Origin: a virus
Lineage: Duplodnaviria; Caudoviricetes
Direction: 5' to 3' (one strand)
Length of the DNA: 64,000 nucleotides
Virus record (IMG/VR): IMGVR_UViG_3300037297_000386
The position numbers and the translations under genes are program-made. Under the pieces are notes generated by a model. The model did no database searches, was not told where the DNA came from, and saw only the letters and a program-made list of their open reading frames with translations. Positions 54,389 through 64,000 of the stretch are shown one piece after another (position 1 is the first letter of the stretch; each line of letters opens with the position of its first letter).

Positions 54389-57300
54389 TTACCCCACTTG
54401 TTCTAATGAATTTAATACTAACATATGTGTATCTTTATAAACATTTACTCTACATAATGCTCTTATCGGTCTCCCAGCAATAATTTTATCTTTTACATGT
54501 TTCCATGATTCAGACCATATTTTCATAATAGCACTATTTTTGTTTCTATCCATAACAGTACAATTACCATAAATTTTGCCTTTATTTTTCCCACTTTTTA
54601 TTTTCGGTTGAGTAATATTTTCAACTACAACCTCTACTCTAATCGGTGTTCCATCAGCCAATTTCTTAAGACGTTTTAAAGATACACATTTATTGGTAAA
54701 AAATCCACCATATAAATCATTGATATCTCCTGAAATATATTCTCCCAGTGTTTCGCCTTCCGCAGTCAATATCTCTTTTTTATTCCATTCCTCATTTACA
54801 TGATCAATTGAAAATTCGAGATCTTTCATTAATTCCCAGGTGTTTTTTCCGGTTATAGCTGTCTTTTTGGCATGAGAATTTGCCTTAATTCTTATATTTG
54901 AATAATATGTAAAAGCAGATTTTCTTGTAATATTAAGGCTATCAAAACATCCAGCTTTGGCTAACGCTTGGATAACTTTTTTATTAACTATATTAGAATT
55001 AGTTCTATATAAAAAGTCAGCAAAAGATATAAATGAATGTTCCATTCTGGTTTCTATAATATTTTTAACAGCTTTAATACCGACACCTTTGATAACAGCA
55101 AGCCCCATTATAATAGTTTTATCATCTACAACTGTAAAATAATCACCACTTTTGTTTATATCCGGGGCCATTATTTTGATGCCCATACGAATAGCTTCTT
55201 TCTTATATAATTTAATTTTTTCTTCGCTCGAAGATGATTTTTCTACTTCAGATTTAAGAGCAGCTGCCATAAAAGCAGATGGATAATGATATTTATAATA
55301 AGCTGTATGATATCCATTTAAACTATAAAAAATTCCATGCGGTTTGTTGAAGCCATATCCACCAAACGGCTCAATAATCTCTTCCCATATTTCCAGAGCT
55401 TGTTTGTTTGTTAGATTACTGTGTTTTACTGAACCAGTAATAAAATCATCTTTCAATTTTTTAACCATCTCTGGATGTTTACCTTTATATTTAGTTAATT
55501 TTCTCAATCCATCGGCCTCATTTAAATCCCATCCAGCGACCACATTTGCGAATTTCATTAACTGATCTTCATAAACACACACACCAAGTGTATCTTCAAG
55601 TGCCTCTTTTACACACGGATGTTTATATTTAATCTTTATATTTTTATTTCTAAATTTTATATAATCTTCACGTGATTTTATAGCAGAAGGCCTTCCAAGT
55701 GCATTTACTAAACTAAGATCTTCAATACTTTGTGGTTTAATTCGCTTACATAAATTTCTCATATGTTGCGACCCCATTTGAAACACACATGTTGTATGTC
55801 CATTTGATATCATATCCCATACATTTTTATCATCAAATGGAGCCAATTTTGGTGTATCCAGACATTGCCCACCAAGCATTTTAACATTTAATATAGTATT
55901 ATCAATAATTTTTAAATGTTCTAATCCCAATAAATCCATCTTAATTAGGCCCACTTCTTCACATCTTTCCTTTTCATATTGAAGTGAAATGGTTCCTTTT
56001 TTATCGTATCTGAGTGGCACAAGTTCGGAGAGATTTCTATCGCTCACAACAATTCCAGCTGCATGAGTGGAATATGTTTTTTCTAAACCAACTAATTTTT
56101 TGCCATATTTTTCTAATTCTGGATAAGACGCACAAAACTCTCTAAACTTTTCTGACGTCCTAAGTGCGTCCTCAAATGTTTCAGAATCCTTAGGTATTGA
56201 ATCAGTTATTGCATTAGCTATTTTAAATGCATCACTTTTACTACCTCCTAGTTGTAAAGATCTGGCAACATCTTTAATAACAACCTTGGGAGTCATTGTA
56301 GATAGATTGGATACATGAGCAACACATTCTTTTCCATATCGATTAATTATATATTGTTCGACCCAATTTCTACCGTCCGGGGAAAAATCTGTGTCAATAT
56401 CTGGAAAAGCTTTTTTATATATATTAATAAATCTTTCAAAAAGTAGGCCATATTGTAATGGATCAACCTCATGAATATCTAATAAATAAGCAACCAAAGA
56501 TCCGCCAACAGATCCTCTTCCAGGCCCAACCCTAATTCCTTGTTCTTTTGCTTTGATAATAAAGTCGGACACAATTAATAAATAAGAAGCAAAGTTTCGG
56601 GATTCCAGGACTTTAATCTCCTTAATCATTCTTTCTTTATATTCTTTCTTTTGTTCTTTAGAAAGATGTTTAAATTTATTTTTAAAACTATTAATGCAAC
56701 GGTATCTTAAAAAAGCATGATCATCATATTTAGGTAATCTATTTTGTCGCTTTTTCCATTTTAAAAAATTCTGATAATCTTGTTCAATTGTTATATCAAA
56801 TTTAGGAAATTTTATTGTATCATCTTCTAAATAATTAGAATCATCACACCTATTAGCAATTAATACAGAATTTTTACACACCTCATCTGCTAATTTAGAA
56901 TTAAATTTAGTAGAAAAATATTCATTAATGTCTTCATAGGATTTCAAATAAAATTCTTGTTCTTCATATCTATGCCTATTTAAATCACTGAATGGTTTTT
57001 TAGCATTAATTGCCATCAACATATCATGAATTTCGGCATCTTCTTTATTAATATAATGCACATCACATGTTGCAACAACAGGAATATTTAATTCTTTAGA
57101 AATACCTATTAGTTTATTATTAGTATATTCCTGGTCAACAACAATAATAGCATCACCATTAGAATCACATTCAACTTCATTAGTTTTGCGATTCTTCTTA
57201 TATACTTTTAAATTATGTGGTTGTACTTCTAAATATAAATTAGATTCAAATAATTCTTTTAGTTTATTAGCTGTTTTAAGAGTTTGTATATAACAAGAAT

Positions 57301-57781
57301 TTTGGTCCCACACATTATCTTCATTAAGTGCAAATAAAGATGCCGCGAGTGGCCCAGATCCACAAGCAGTTAAACATATTATACCATCTTTATGCTCTTG
57401 TAAAATTTTCCAATCTACTCTTGGAAAAACTTTGTCCAATACAGGAATATACTGAAAATTAACATATCCTTTGTAATTAATTTGAAGAAGATTTTTATAT
57501 CCTACCTCATTTTTGGCCAATAAAACAAGATGATATCTTTTACATTTAGAATTTTGAATATCATTGACAAAATAAATTTCACACCCAGGAATATATTTAA
57601 TACCATACTTTTTAGAACACTTATGGGCATCAAAAACAGCTGCCATAGTTCCGTGATCGGTTATAGCAATGGATGTTTGCCCCATTTTTTTTGCCATTTT
57701 AAATATATCATCTATTGGGGTCATTGCGTCTTGCATACTACCTATAGAAGTGTGCGTATGTAAATGTACAAAATTATTCAT
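54389..57781 (-). CDS. dnaE: DNA polymerase III alpha subunit (family C)
   Basis: HLHTHT PHP start, GPGRGSVGGSLVAYLL, FERF, PDIDTDF, KMDLLGL, GFNKPH, C-terminal OB fold. Confidence 0.97.
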   Translation of the reverse strand: MNNFVHLHTHTSIGSMQDAMTPIDDIFKMAKKMGQTSIAITDHGTMAAVFDAHKCSKKYGIKYIPGCEIYFVNDIQNSKCKRYHLVLLAKNEVGYKNLLQINYKGYVNFQYIPVLDKVFPRVDWKILQEHKDGIICLTACGSGPLAASLFALNEDNVWDQNSCYIQTLKTANKLKELFESNLYLEVQPHNLKVYKKNRKTNEVECDSNGDAIIVVDQEYTNNKLIGISKELNIPVVATCDVHYINKEDAEIHDMLMAINAKKPFSDLNRHRYEEQEFYLKSYEDINEYFSTKFNSKLADEVCKNSVLIANRCDDSNYLEDDTIKFPKFDITIEQDYQNFLKWKKRQNRLPKYDDHAFLRYRCINSFKNKFKHLSKEQKKEYKERMIKEIKVLESRNFASYLLIVSDFIIKAKEQGIRVGPGRGSVGGSLVAYLLDIHEVDPLQYGLLFERFINIYKKAFPDIDTDFSPDGRNWVEQYIINRYGKECVAHVSNLSTMTPKVVIKDVARSLQLGGSKSDAFKIANAITDSIPKDSETFEDALRTSEKFREFCASYPELEKYGKKLVGLEKTYSTHAAGIVVSDRNLSELVPLRYDKKGTISLQYEKERCEEVGLIKMDLLGLEHLKIIDNTILNVKMLGGQCLDTPKLAPFDDKNVWDMISNGHTTCVFQMGSQHMRNLCKRIKPQSIEDLSLVNALGRPSAIKSREDYIKFRNKNIKIKYKHPCVKEALEDTLGVCVYEDQLMKFANVVAGWDLNEADGLRKLTKYKGKHPEMVKKLKDDFITGSVKHSNLTNKQALEIWEEIIEPFGGYGFNKPHGIFYSLNGYHTAYYKYHYPSAFMAAALKSEVEKSSSSEEKIKLYKKEAIRMGIKIMAPDINKSGDYFTVVDDKTIIMGLAVIKGVGIKAVKNIIETRMEHSFISFADFLYRTNSNIVNKKVIQALAKAGCFDSLNITRKSAFTYYSNIRIKANSHAKKTAITGKNTWELMKDLEFSIDHVNEEWNKKEILTAEGETLGEYISGDINDLYGGFFTNKCVSLKRLKKLADGTPIRVEVVVENITQPKIKSGKNKGKIYGNCTVMDRNKNSAIMKIWSESWKHVKDKIIAGRPIRALCRVNVYKDTHMLVLNSLEQVG

Positions 57782-58141
57782 TTAATCTTCCATTGATATC
57801 TGGATATTTAATTTATTTGATATCCATTTAACCAAGCAACTTTCGAATTCAATTTTCCTAACAGCTTTGTTCAAATCGGTATTATTAAATTTCTTTGGCA
57901 TTACAAATTTGATCACTTTGGCATTGAGTCTTCCTTCTATATGATACCCGCCATTAGCATCTATGCGTAACAAACTTACAGATTTAAGTGGATACACAGG
58001 TTTACCAAAATTCGTAAAATATTTTGTTATATTTCTATCGATTTGACATGGAAGTGAATAGAAAAGAGAAAGACACTTTGCGCAACCAGATTTTTTTATC
58101 TTAACTATATCAGAAAATTTTAACATGAAAAGACTTTCCAA
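57782..58141 (-). CDS. Hypothetical protein
   Basis: 119-aa ORF; GCAKC. Confidence 0.5.
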   Translation of the reverse strand: MESLFMLKFSDIVKIKKSGCAKCLSLFYSLPCQIDRNITKYFTNFGKPVYPLKSVSLLRIDANGGYHIEGRLNAKVIKFVMPKKFNNTDLNKAVRKIEFESCLVKWISNKLNIQISMED

Positions 58142-58174
58142 ATTGAAAAATATCTAATGCGAAAAAATTATGAT

Positions 58175-58390
58175 TTATTTCATAAATACAGAAAGACCTA
58201 CATCAGTATCACCAGTTTGATGCGACAATAATGCTTTTAATACGTCTCCCATATCATAATTTCCTGCTCCAATATCATCGACATCGGCCTCTAGGACAAG
58301 CTTTACTCTTTCCGAATCTTTTGCTTTTTTAACTTGAAAAGTAACTACTTTAAATCCTGTAACTGACTGTTTATTCGTTTCTGTCAACAT
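58175..58390 (-). CDS. Small hypothetical protein
   Basis: Start reassigned to ATG 58390 (after GAGGA) to limit overlap with tig. Confidence 0.5.
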   Translation of the reverse strand: MLTETNKQSVTGFKVVTFQVKKAKDSERVKLVLEADVDDIGAGNYDMGDVLKALLSHQTGDTDVGLSVFMK

Positions 58391-59669
58391 TGCTTTCCTC
58401 ACTTTCTTTGTTAGCATTGTTTATTATAAAATCTATTGTATTTGATGTTTTTAAAATACCCATAAAATTATCCATTTGTCCTGAATTATACAAATTACTG
58501 ACAAGATCATCTTTGGACATATTATTGTGTCTGGCATGATCTTCTAATAATTTATCTAATTCATCTGGCGTAATCTCAATACTATTTTCTTTTTCATATA
58601 TCGAATCAAGTAATATGGCACATTTGACACTACGTTCAGCAATTTTTTGCAATTCGTCTTTATCCTTATGTGATAAATCTTGTAATTTATTCTTGCCTGA
58701 TATACGTAACATTTCTTTTTTTATCATAGATTTTGGAGCGTCGAATTGATTTATATCTAAAAGCTTAGATACAATTTGTTCTCCTAAAACTGTTCTATTA
58801 TTAATATTATTATCTTTATGCAATTCAGATTTAATATAATTAAATAATTCATCTACTGATTCGTATCCAACCATCATTGCTAAATCATTATCAACTTCAG
58901 CAAGTTTGATTTCTATTATACTATGAACAGTAATTGTAAATTTGGCTTCTTTCCCAGCCAGATGTTTGGCACGATATTCATCTGGAAATGTTACATAAAT
59001 ATCTTTAGATTGGCCGACCATCATATCAACCATTTGATCCTCAAATCCTGGAACAAAATTGCCATTGCCAAAATTTTCAATAGAGTAACCCTGGGCAGCT
59101 CCACCGTCAAAAGGCATATTGTCGACATATCCTATAAAATCTATAACCAATGAATCCCCAAATTGGGCACCGCGATCATTGATTTGCCGTCTTTCAGCAA
59201 ATTGTTTCTGATATTCGTGTAATTTAGTATTAAACATAGCATCTTCATCATATTGTGGAAAATCTAATTTAATTCCATTATATCCGATTGGATCTATTTT
59301 CGGTAAAACTTCGACTAATAAATCTACTGAATATGAATTATCGAATCCAAATTTTCCGGGATATTTATCAGACATATCAGAAAATGTTGGGTTTTCAACA
59401 GGATTTATTTCATAATTTGCAATCGCTTGATTATAATACTCACTTATGAGCATTTGAGCTACATTTGATTTAGCTTTGTTACCGAACAACTGTTTAATTC
59501 GCTGTAAAGGGGCCCGCCCTTTTCTAAATCCAGGTATCTGTATTTGATTTTTTATGCTATTAAAAAATTGATCGAATTTTTTATCTACTAATTCTGAAGG
59601 AACATTGATTGAAATCTTATATTCGGTATTATTTAATTCTTCAATATTAATTATATCTTGCATTTTCAC
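58371..59669 (-). CDS. tig: Trigger factor (ribosome-associated chaperone/PPIase)
   Basis: IPGFRKGRAP ribosome-binding signature; IDFIG..FDGG..FVPGFEDQMV..FPDEYRAKHLAGKEAKF FKBP domain; C-terminal helical domain. Confidence 0.95.
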   Translation of the reverse strand: MKMQDIINIEELNNTEYKISINVPSELVDKKFDQFFNSIKNQIQIPGFRKGRAPLQRIKQLFGNKAKSNVAQMLISEYYNQAIANYEINPVENPTFSDMSDKYPGKFGFDNSYSVDLLVEVLPKIDPIGYNGIKLDFPQYDEDAMFNTKLHEYQKQFAERRQINDRGAQFGDSLVIDFIGYVDNMPFDGGAAQGYSIENFGNGNFVPGFEDQMVDMMVGQSKDIYVTFPDEYRAKHLAGKEAKFTITVHSIIEIKLAEVDNDLAMMVGYESVDELFNYIKSELHKDNNINNRTVLGEQIVSKLLDINQFDAPKSMIKKEMLRISGKNKLQDLSHKDKDELQKIAERSVKCAILLDSIYEKENSIEITPDELDKLLEDHARHNNMSKDDLVSNLYNSGQMDNFMGILKTSNTIDFIINNANKESEESNVDRNE

Positions 59670-60418
59670 CTCTTGAGTTTTTTCATAAATTCTTCTCTAT
59701 AACGATCCAGCTGTTTCTCAAATGCTGACCCTCTCATACCATCAGCCAAATCGGATTCAGCCTTATCGATTTCATCTTTTTCGAGAGCATATTTATCTGT
59801 ATTATAAAGTAATCTATTTAATTTTTCTATCCATATTTGTGCTATTACGTCGAAATCTGGAGCCAATTTCGATATTAATCTATCGTCATATAAAGTGTCT
59901 ACAACTACCATATTTTCCGGAATATTAAGTCCCTGATAGTATGATAATACAGAATCTTTAAGCGCCCAACGCGTTAAATCATTCTGTGATGGAAAATTTT
60001 TACTTTCTATTTTATTTTTTTCATCAAAAACTTCTTGTTCTAATATAGATATCAAATTTCCAAATTTTGGCTTTAATTCATTTTCTAAATTAGTATCAAC
60101 ATTTACTATATCATTTTGTTCAGGTAATTGTGTAGATATACTTTTTAAAGCCTTTTTACATTCTAAACAGTCTTTATAAGATGAATATTTAGAAATACCT
60201 TTATGTCTAAAATTATGAATTATAGAAATAATTTCTCTTATTGTTTGTAGATTATTAAAATTATATGTGAGGAATTCCTTTTCTTTTTTAATTCTTTTTA
60301 ATATTTTATCACGATTAATAGACGATATACTATGTAATTGTGACTCATATCGGGCAATACATTTACGAGCGGCAATTTTTTGATTCGATATTAAAAGTTT
60401 TAAATGAAATTTATGCAT
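59666..60418 (-). CDS. Hypothetical protein
   Basis: 250-aa ORF in operon. Confidence 0.55.
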   Translation of the reverse strand: MHKFHLKLLISNQKIAARKCIARYESQLHSISSINRDKILKRIKKEKEFLTYNFNNLQTIREIISIIHNFRHKGISKYSSYKDCLECKKALKSISTQLPEQNDIVNVDTNLENELKPKFGNLISILEQEVFDEKNKIESKNFPSQNDLTRWALKDSVLSYYQGLNIPENMVVVDTLYDDRLISKLAPDFDVIAQIWIEKLNRLLYNTDKYALEKDEIDKAESDLADGMRGSAFEKQLDRYREEFMKKLKR

Positions 60419-60424
60419 TTTAAA

Positions 60425-61285
60425 TTACCTATCAAATAATTCTCTAACCTGCTTGTTTTTTGATAGCTCCTTTAATTTTATATTAGCTCCTGCGCTTGAT
60501 AGACCAACTTCTTCAGCAGCAGCCTTGATAGAATAATCATTAAAATATATCAATTCTATTATCCTAATTAAACGTGGGTCTTTATTTTTTAACCATTTGT
60601 TTATATCACATATAAAAATTATATTATCATCTATGTTTGTAATGTTATTATTCATTGTAAAATCTTTAAATTCCAAAGTATTATCACGGGTCCCCGGCAT
60701 TAATGAAGACTCATTTACTTCAGACATTACCATTGGTGTCTTTTTATTACCGTCACCGATAATAGTATTACATTTTGGACATTTTGTTTCATATCCATTA
60801 CCAAATTTATCAATAAACGAATATCCACATTTACATGATATATTGAATATTCCAATATTTAAATAAGTAGCATTTTTTGATATTCTATTTTTATCTCGTA
60901 TATCATTTATTAATCTTCGATTAACTCTCATTTCAATAAATGTTGATAATTTTGTATTTTTTTCTGGATTGTACTTTGGTATCCCTTCAAGTATATGAAC
61001 TATAATATCATGTTTAGTATCTTCAAATAGATTTCCATTGATATGATATCGACATGCCAATTTTAATATTAACGGTTCTAACTTGTTGATAACTTCTTTA
61101 TAACCCTCCCCACTTTCAGTATTGATATATATCTCTGAATCATATAACAATACTGTGCCAGCAAATCCAATGCGTCCTCCATTCTCTTCATTAAAAAAAT
61201 ATTCAAAATCTTGTTTAAGTTTAACATTTTCTTTGTTATTTGCATTTTTCATTTTGACTCCTACCAGGTTTGTTGGGCCGGACAA
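60425..61285 (-). CDS. Phage RNA polymerase sigma factor with inserted zinc ribbon
   Basis: Region 2 (EDTKHD..PKYNPEKNTKLSTFI..RRLINDIR), CKCG..CPKC insert, region 4 HTH (YSIKAAAEEVGLS). Confidence 0.75.
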   Translation of the reverse strand: MSGPTNLVGVKMKNANNKENVKLKQDFEYFFNEENGGRIGFAGTVLLYDSEIYINTESGEGYKEVINKLEPLILKLACRYHINGNLFEDTKHDIIVHILEGIPKYNPEKNTKLSTFIEMRVNRRLINDIRDKNRISKNATYLNIGIFNISCKCGYSFIDKFGNGYETKCPKCNTIIGDGNKKTPMVMSEVNESSLMPGTRDNTLEFKDFTMNNNITNIDDNIIFICDINKWLKNKDPRLIRIIELIYFNDYSIKAAAEEVGLSSAGANIKLKELSKNKQVRELFDR

Positions 61286-62055
61286 ATGTTTTTAAAATCA
61301 CACCAATCACAGAGTCTAGTTGGAATTGGTGTCCATACATTTTCTACCATTATTTTATTCCCATATTCTATGAGAGTTTTTTCTATTTTATTTATATCTT
61401 CTATTGTGAAATCATAACTCTTCGAATTTGAATTATGTCTTAATAAAATATAAGATCCTCTAAATGATTGCATTTCGGGATATTTCTTTTTAAGCCATAA
61501 TCCATAAACGAGCAATTGAAAATCATCTATATATTGTGTGTTTTTCGTTGTTTTATAATCTATAATATGAAATCGCCCATCTCTCATTAAATCAAATCTA
61601 TCTAATAGACCACGTACTAATATTTTATCATTAAGGTAAAAGCTAAATGATGTTTCTATTCCTTGAACATTTGGTATACCTTCTTTCTTAAGCATACCTA
61701 AATATCCTAATTTTAATTCTCCATTTTCATCTAAATATTGAACGCTCAATAAATCTTTAGCTTTTTGAACAATGTTCCCACTTAATTTTGGAAATGCCTT
61801 TCTAGCTTTAATGAAAGATTTACTCATGATTTCAGCATAATCGTTTTTATTTACATATTTTTTCATACAATATTCATGAAAGAACTCCAAAGTCTTATGA
61901 CACAAATGCCCAAGGCCTAAGTGATCCCACTCTTTTCTAGGAACTCTCTCAATATAATTGAAAAAATATTTCTTTGGACATTGTTCATAAGTTTTTACAG
62001 AACTTGCGGAAAGTTTTATCAATTGTAATTTTTTAGTTTGTTTTTTAATTGTCAT
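61261..62055 (-). CDS. PD-(D/E)XK RecB/Cas4-like exonuclease
   Basis: LSASSVKTYEQCP, RGLLDR..IIDYKT, QLLVY, CDWCDFKNICP. Confidence 0.85.
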   Translation of the reverse strand: MTIKKQTKKLQLIKLSASSVKTYEQCPKKYFFNYIERVPRKEWDHLGLGHLCHKTLEFFHEYCMKKYVNKNDYAEIMSKSFIKARKAFPKLSGNIVQKAKDLLSVQYLDENGELKLGYLGMLKKEGIPNVQGIETSFSFYLNDKILVRGLLDRFDLMRDGRFHIIDYKTTKNTQYIDDFQLLVYGLWLKKKYPEMQSFRGSYILLRHNSNSKSYDFTIEDINKIEKTLIEYGNKIMVENVWTPIPTRLCDWCDFKNICPAQQTW

Positions 62056-62067
62056 ATATTATTCCTA

Positions 62068-62973
62068 TTAAATACTAGATTGTTTGCCACGATAGATCCA
62101 TTCGAATACTAGCGGCTGTCCTACAGATCTTACCCCAACATTATTCGTGCTTGTGATATCACTCGGGAGCTCTTGTATATTTCTTATATGTCTACCTTCA
62201 TTATGATCAAAATAGTAAGATACCATTACATTATTTTTAGAATTATAAAATCTTCTAACAAATCCACCACTGACATAAGTAGAATCATCAGCAGGTTCTC
62301 GAATTCTTTTACCACCAAATTCTTTGTATGGGTCATGTAATCCGCCAAATCCTCTTAATATTAATTGTAAATCATTAGATTTACGATTATCTATTAATAT
62401 CATTCTTGCATCAGGATTAAACATTTCACCAATTTCAGGGGTCGAAAATGGAACAAATCCATTATCAACTAATGACGATGTAGAATCTGGATCAGGAACC
62501 CCAACTTTAATCTCCGTACCTTCAGCAATACCTTCAAATCCGCGATCTTCTCGTATGATATCTAATGTTTCTAAATCTACATCAATAAATCTAGCTGGTG
62601 CACCCTCAGCATCATACCAATCTGGAACATCTTCACCAGTATCTGCTCTGTCTAAAATAAACCCTTCTCCTTTTATATTTCTGGCGACTGTTATTTCGCT
62701 CGTATCAGGAGCAAACACTTGGGTTAAGATGGGCCCAAATATTCCATTATTATCTACCCCAAATGCACTTAATATAACAGAATTAACGCCAGATGGCATT
62801 TCAAAGCTTCCAACATATATTGGAGAACTTGTAGTTGGAACTGTACCATCAATTGTAAAAAATATGGTTGCTGGAATATTAGAAGTAATAGACATAGTTT
62901 CCGGTATACCAGAAATTATCTCGTCATCCGATCCAGTAAATGTAAGAGTTACGACAGCCATCATTGTCCTCAA
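62068..62973 (-). CDS. Hypothetical protein with N-terminal Fn3-associated/CHB_HEX_C-like domain
   Basis: ATIFFTIDGTVPTTSSPIYVGSF. Confidence 0.55.
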   Translation of the reverse strand: MRTMMAVVTLTFTGSDDEIISGIPETMSITSNIPATIFFTIDGTVPTTSSPIYVGSFEMPSGVNSVILSAFGVDNNGIFGPILTQVFAPDTSEITVARNIKGEGFILDRADTGEDVPDWYDAEGAPARFIDVDLETLDIIREDRGFEGIAEGTEIKVGVPDPDSTSSLVDNGFVPFSTPEIGEMFNPDARMILIDNRKSNDLQLILRGFGGLHDPYKEFGGKRIREPADDSTYVSGGFVRRFYNSKNNVMVSYYFDHNEGRHIRNIQELPSDITSTNNVGVRSVGQPLVFEWIYRGKQSSI

Positions 62974-62984
62974 AAAAAATAATA

Positions 62985-63326
62985 TTATTGCACTACTCTT
63001 AAAAATCTTTCACTATTTTTAACATGCCCCTTTCTTATATATTCGCGTTGTATCCGATGCGCTAAAATTCTTAAAATAGATGCTAATCTATAATAAACAG
63101 ATTTGATTGATTTTTCATTATCATTGTTTTCACCAATATTACGAGCACGTTTAATAACAGCTTGATGCATATCCATTAACATTTCATCTGCATCATCTAT
63201 TTCATTTATGGCAATTAAGGATCTAGTAAGCATTCTATTATATGTTTCATCATCTCCATATTTAATAATACTTTGTACAAACATATTTAGCTCTTCTTCT
63301 TTTAATATATAGTGTTTGAATTCCAT
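62985..63326 (-). CDS. Hypothetical protein
   Basis: 113-aa helical ORF. Confidence 0.55.
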   Translation of the reverse strand: MEFKHYILKEEELNMFVQSIIKYGDDETYNRMLTRSLIAINEIDDADEMLMDMHQAVIKRARNIGENNDNEKSIKSVYYRLASILRILAHRIQREYIRKGHVKNSERFLRVVQ

Positions 63327-63928
63327 TGTATCTTTAACCTTTGTATTTGCTTTAATATATCTTCAAAATTAAACGCTCGATATATTTTAAATCTATCTAT
63401 TTCATTATTATATTTTCTATTTACTATAATTGTATGAATTCCATTTTTAGATGCTTCGAGGGCAGTGGACATTTTATCCTCTATTATAATAGGAATTCCA
63501 TAATTTTTGCAAAATAAAATTTTATTATGGGTAAAAAATACATTATCAACACAAATATTATGATTATTTAACCATGTATATGTATCATACTTTATTTGTT
63601 TCTGTATTTCTAACGGAAATTTTTGATCCCATTCGCCTATCCGAGCAGTTACAATAAAAATATTACACGTGTCATTAAGTTTTTTAACAAATTCAGAAGC
63701 CCCATTAAATATTGGTAATTTAACAAATCCACCCTGTTGAATCCATTTTTTACTGGCTTCATCGAGATCAACAAAATCTACTCCATGACCCCAGTCTTTA
63801 AATAAGTAACTGTGCGGTTCCGAATGTATATTCAAATTACAATTATAATTACTATTAAGATAACCAGCGAATCCCTTATAAAAATCGGCTATAACACCAT
63901 CCATATCGAGTAATACTCTTAATTTCAT
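63302..63928 (-). CDS. HAD-family 5'(3')-deoxyribonucleotidase-like protein
   Basis: LLDMDGVIADF motif I, IVTAR, IIEDK. Confidence 0.8.
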   Translation of the reverse strand: MKLRVLLDMDGVIADFYKGFAGYLNSNYNCNLNIHSEPHSYLFKDWGHGVDFVDLDEASKKWIQQGGFVKLPIFNGASEFVKKLNDTCNIFIVTARIGEWDQKFPLEIQKQIKYDTYTWLNNHNICVDNVFFTHNKILFCKNYGIPIIIEDKMSTALEASKNGIHTIIVNRKYNNEIDRFKIYRAFNFEDILKQIQRLKIQWNSNTIY

Positions 63929-63929
63929 A

Positions 63930-64000
63930 TTAAATACCCTTCTGTCTTACTTCAAAATTGTCAATATATAAATGTATATTATTTTCGTATTCGGGATGGT
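63930..64000 (-). CDS. C-terminal fragment of a gene entering from the right edge
   Basis: ..HPEYENNIHLYIDNFEVRQKGI* ends 1 nt before next ATG. Confidence 0.4.
   Translation of the reverse strand, partial: HPEYENNIHLYIDNFEVRQKGI

Noticed and set aside
61261-62055. Cas4-like nuclease as part of a CRISPR-Cas locus
   Set aside because: No repeat-spacer array or other cas genes seen; solo Cas4/RecB-like exonucleases are common in phage replication modules.
1154-63022. Numerous plus-strand ORFs in the track (e.g. 11490-12281, 45353-45889, 47413-47895, 62324-63022)
   Set aside because: They lie antisense to well-supported minus-strand genes, have Ser/Phe/Leu-rich shadow composition and show no recognisable motifs or RBS.

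Overview
AT-rich 64-kb segment of a large tailed dsDNA bacteriophage (Caudoviricetes-like, bacterial host). Essentially every real gene lies on the minus strand; the plus-strand ORFs are antisense shadows. In transcription order (right to left) there are two modules. (1) 64000-47400 is a replication/host-takeover module: HAD 5'-nucleotidase, Cas4/RecB-like nuclease, sigma factor, trigger factor, DnaE, UvsY-like protein, SSB, RuvC, DnaJ, RecA, primase, sigma-4 protein and IF3, closed by a strong intrinsic terminator. (2) 47200-1 is a head-morphogenesis module: tRNA nucleotidyltransferase, LAGLIDADG endonuclease, ATP-dependent ligase, GpA-like terminase, a portal with two inteins, a ~2600-aa enzyme polyprotein, many small acidic/helical proteins, a prohead protease/scaffold and two capsid-decoration-like paralogs. 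No major capsid, tail, tRNA or CRISPR feature is visible in the window. The standout is the polyprotein (20775-28679). Its domains are topoisomerase IB, two M15 peptidases, a CCA-type nucleotidyltransferase-HD, a LigD-type primase-polymerase, a 2H phosphoesterase, two unknown repeats and a LigD 3'-phosphoesterase, separated by a recurring (I/L)S(K/C)(R/C)A motif. That motif recurs in neighbouring head-region proteins, many of which also share a ~25-aa helical 'LADxLDxxGxxxEAxxIDxxL' module. I infer, without proof, a protease-matured, capsid-packaged repair/counter-defence cargo system. Also notable: an RBS-sequestering hairpin in front of ruvC that overlaps a repeated putative late-promoter motif, and a GIY-YIG endonuclease remnant missed by the ORF track.
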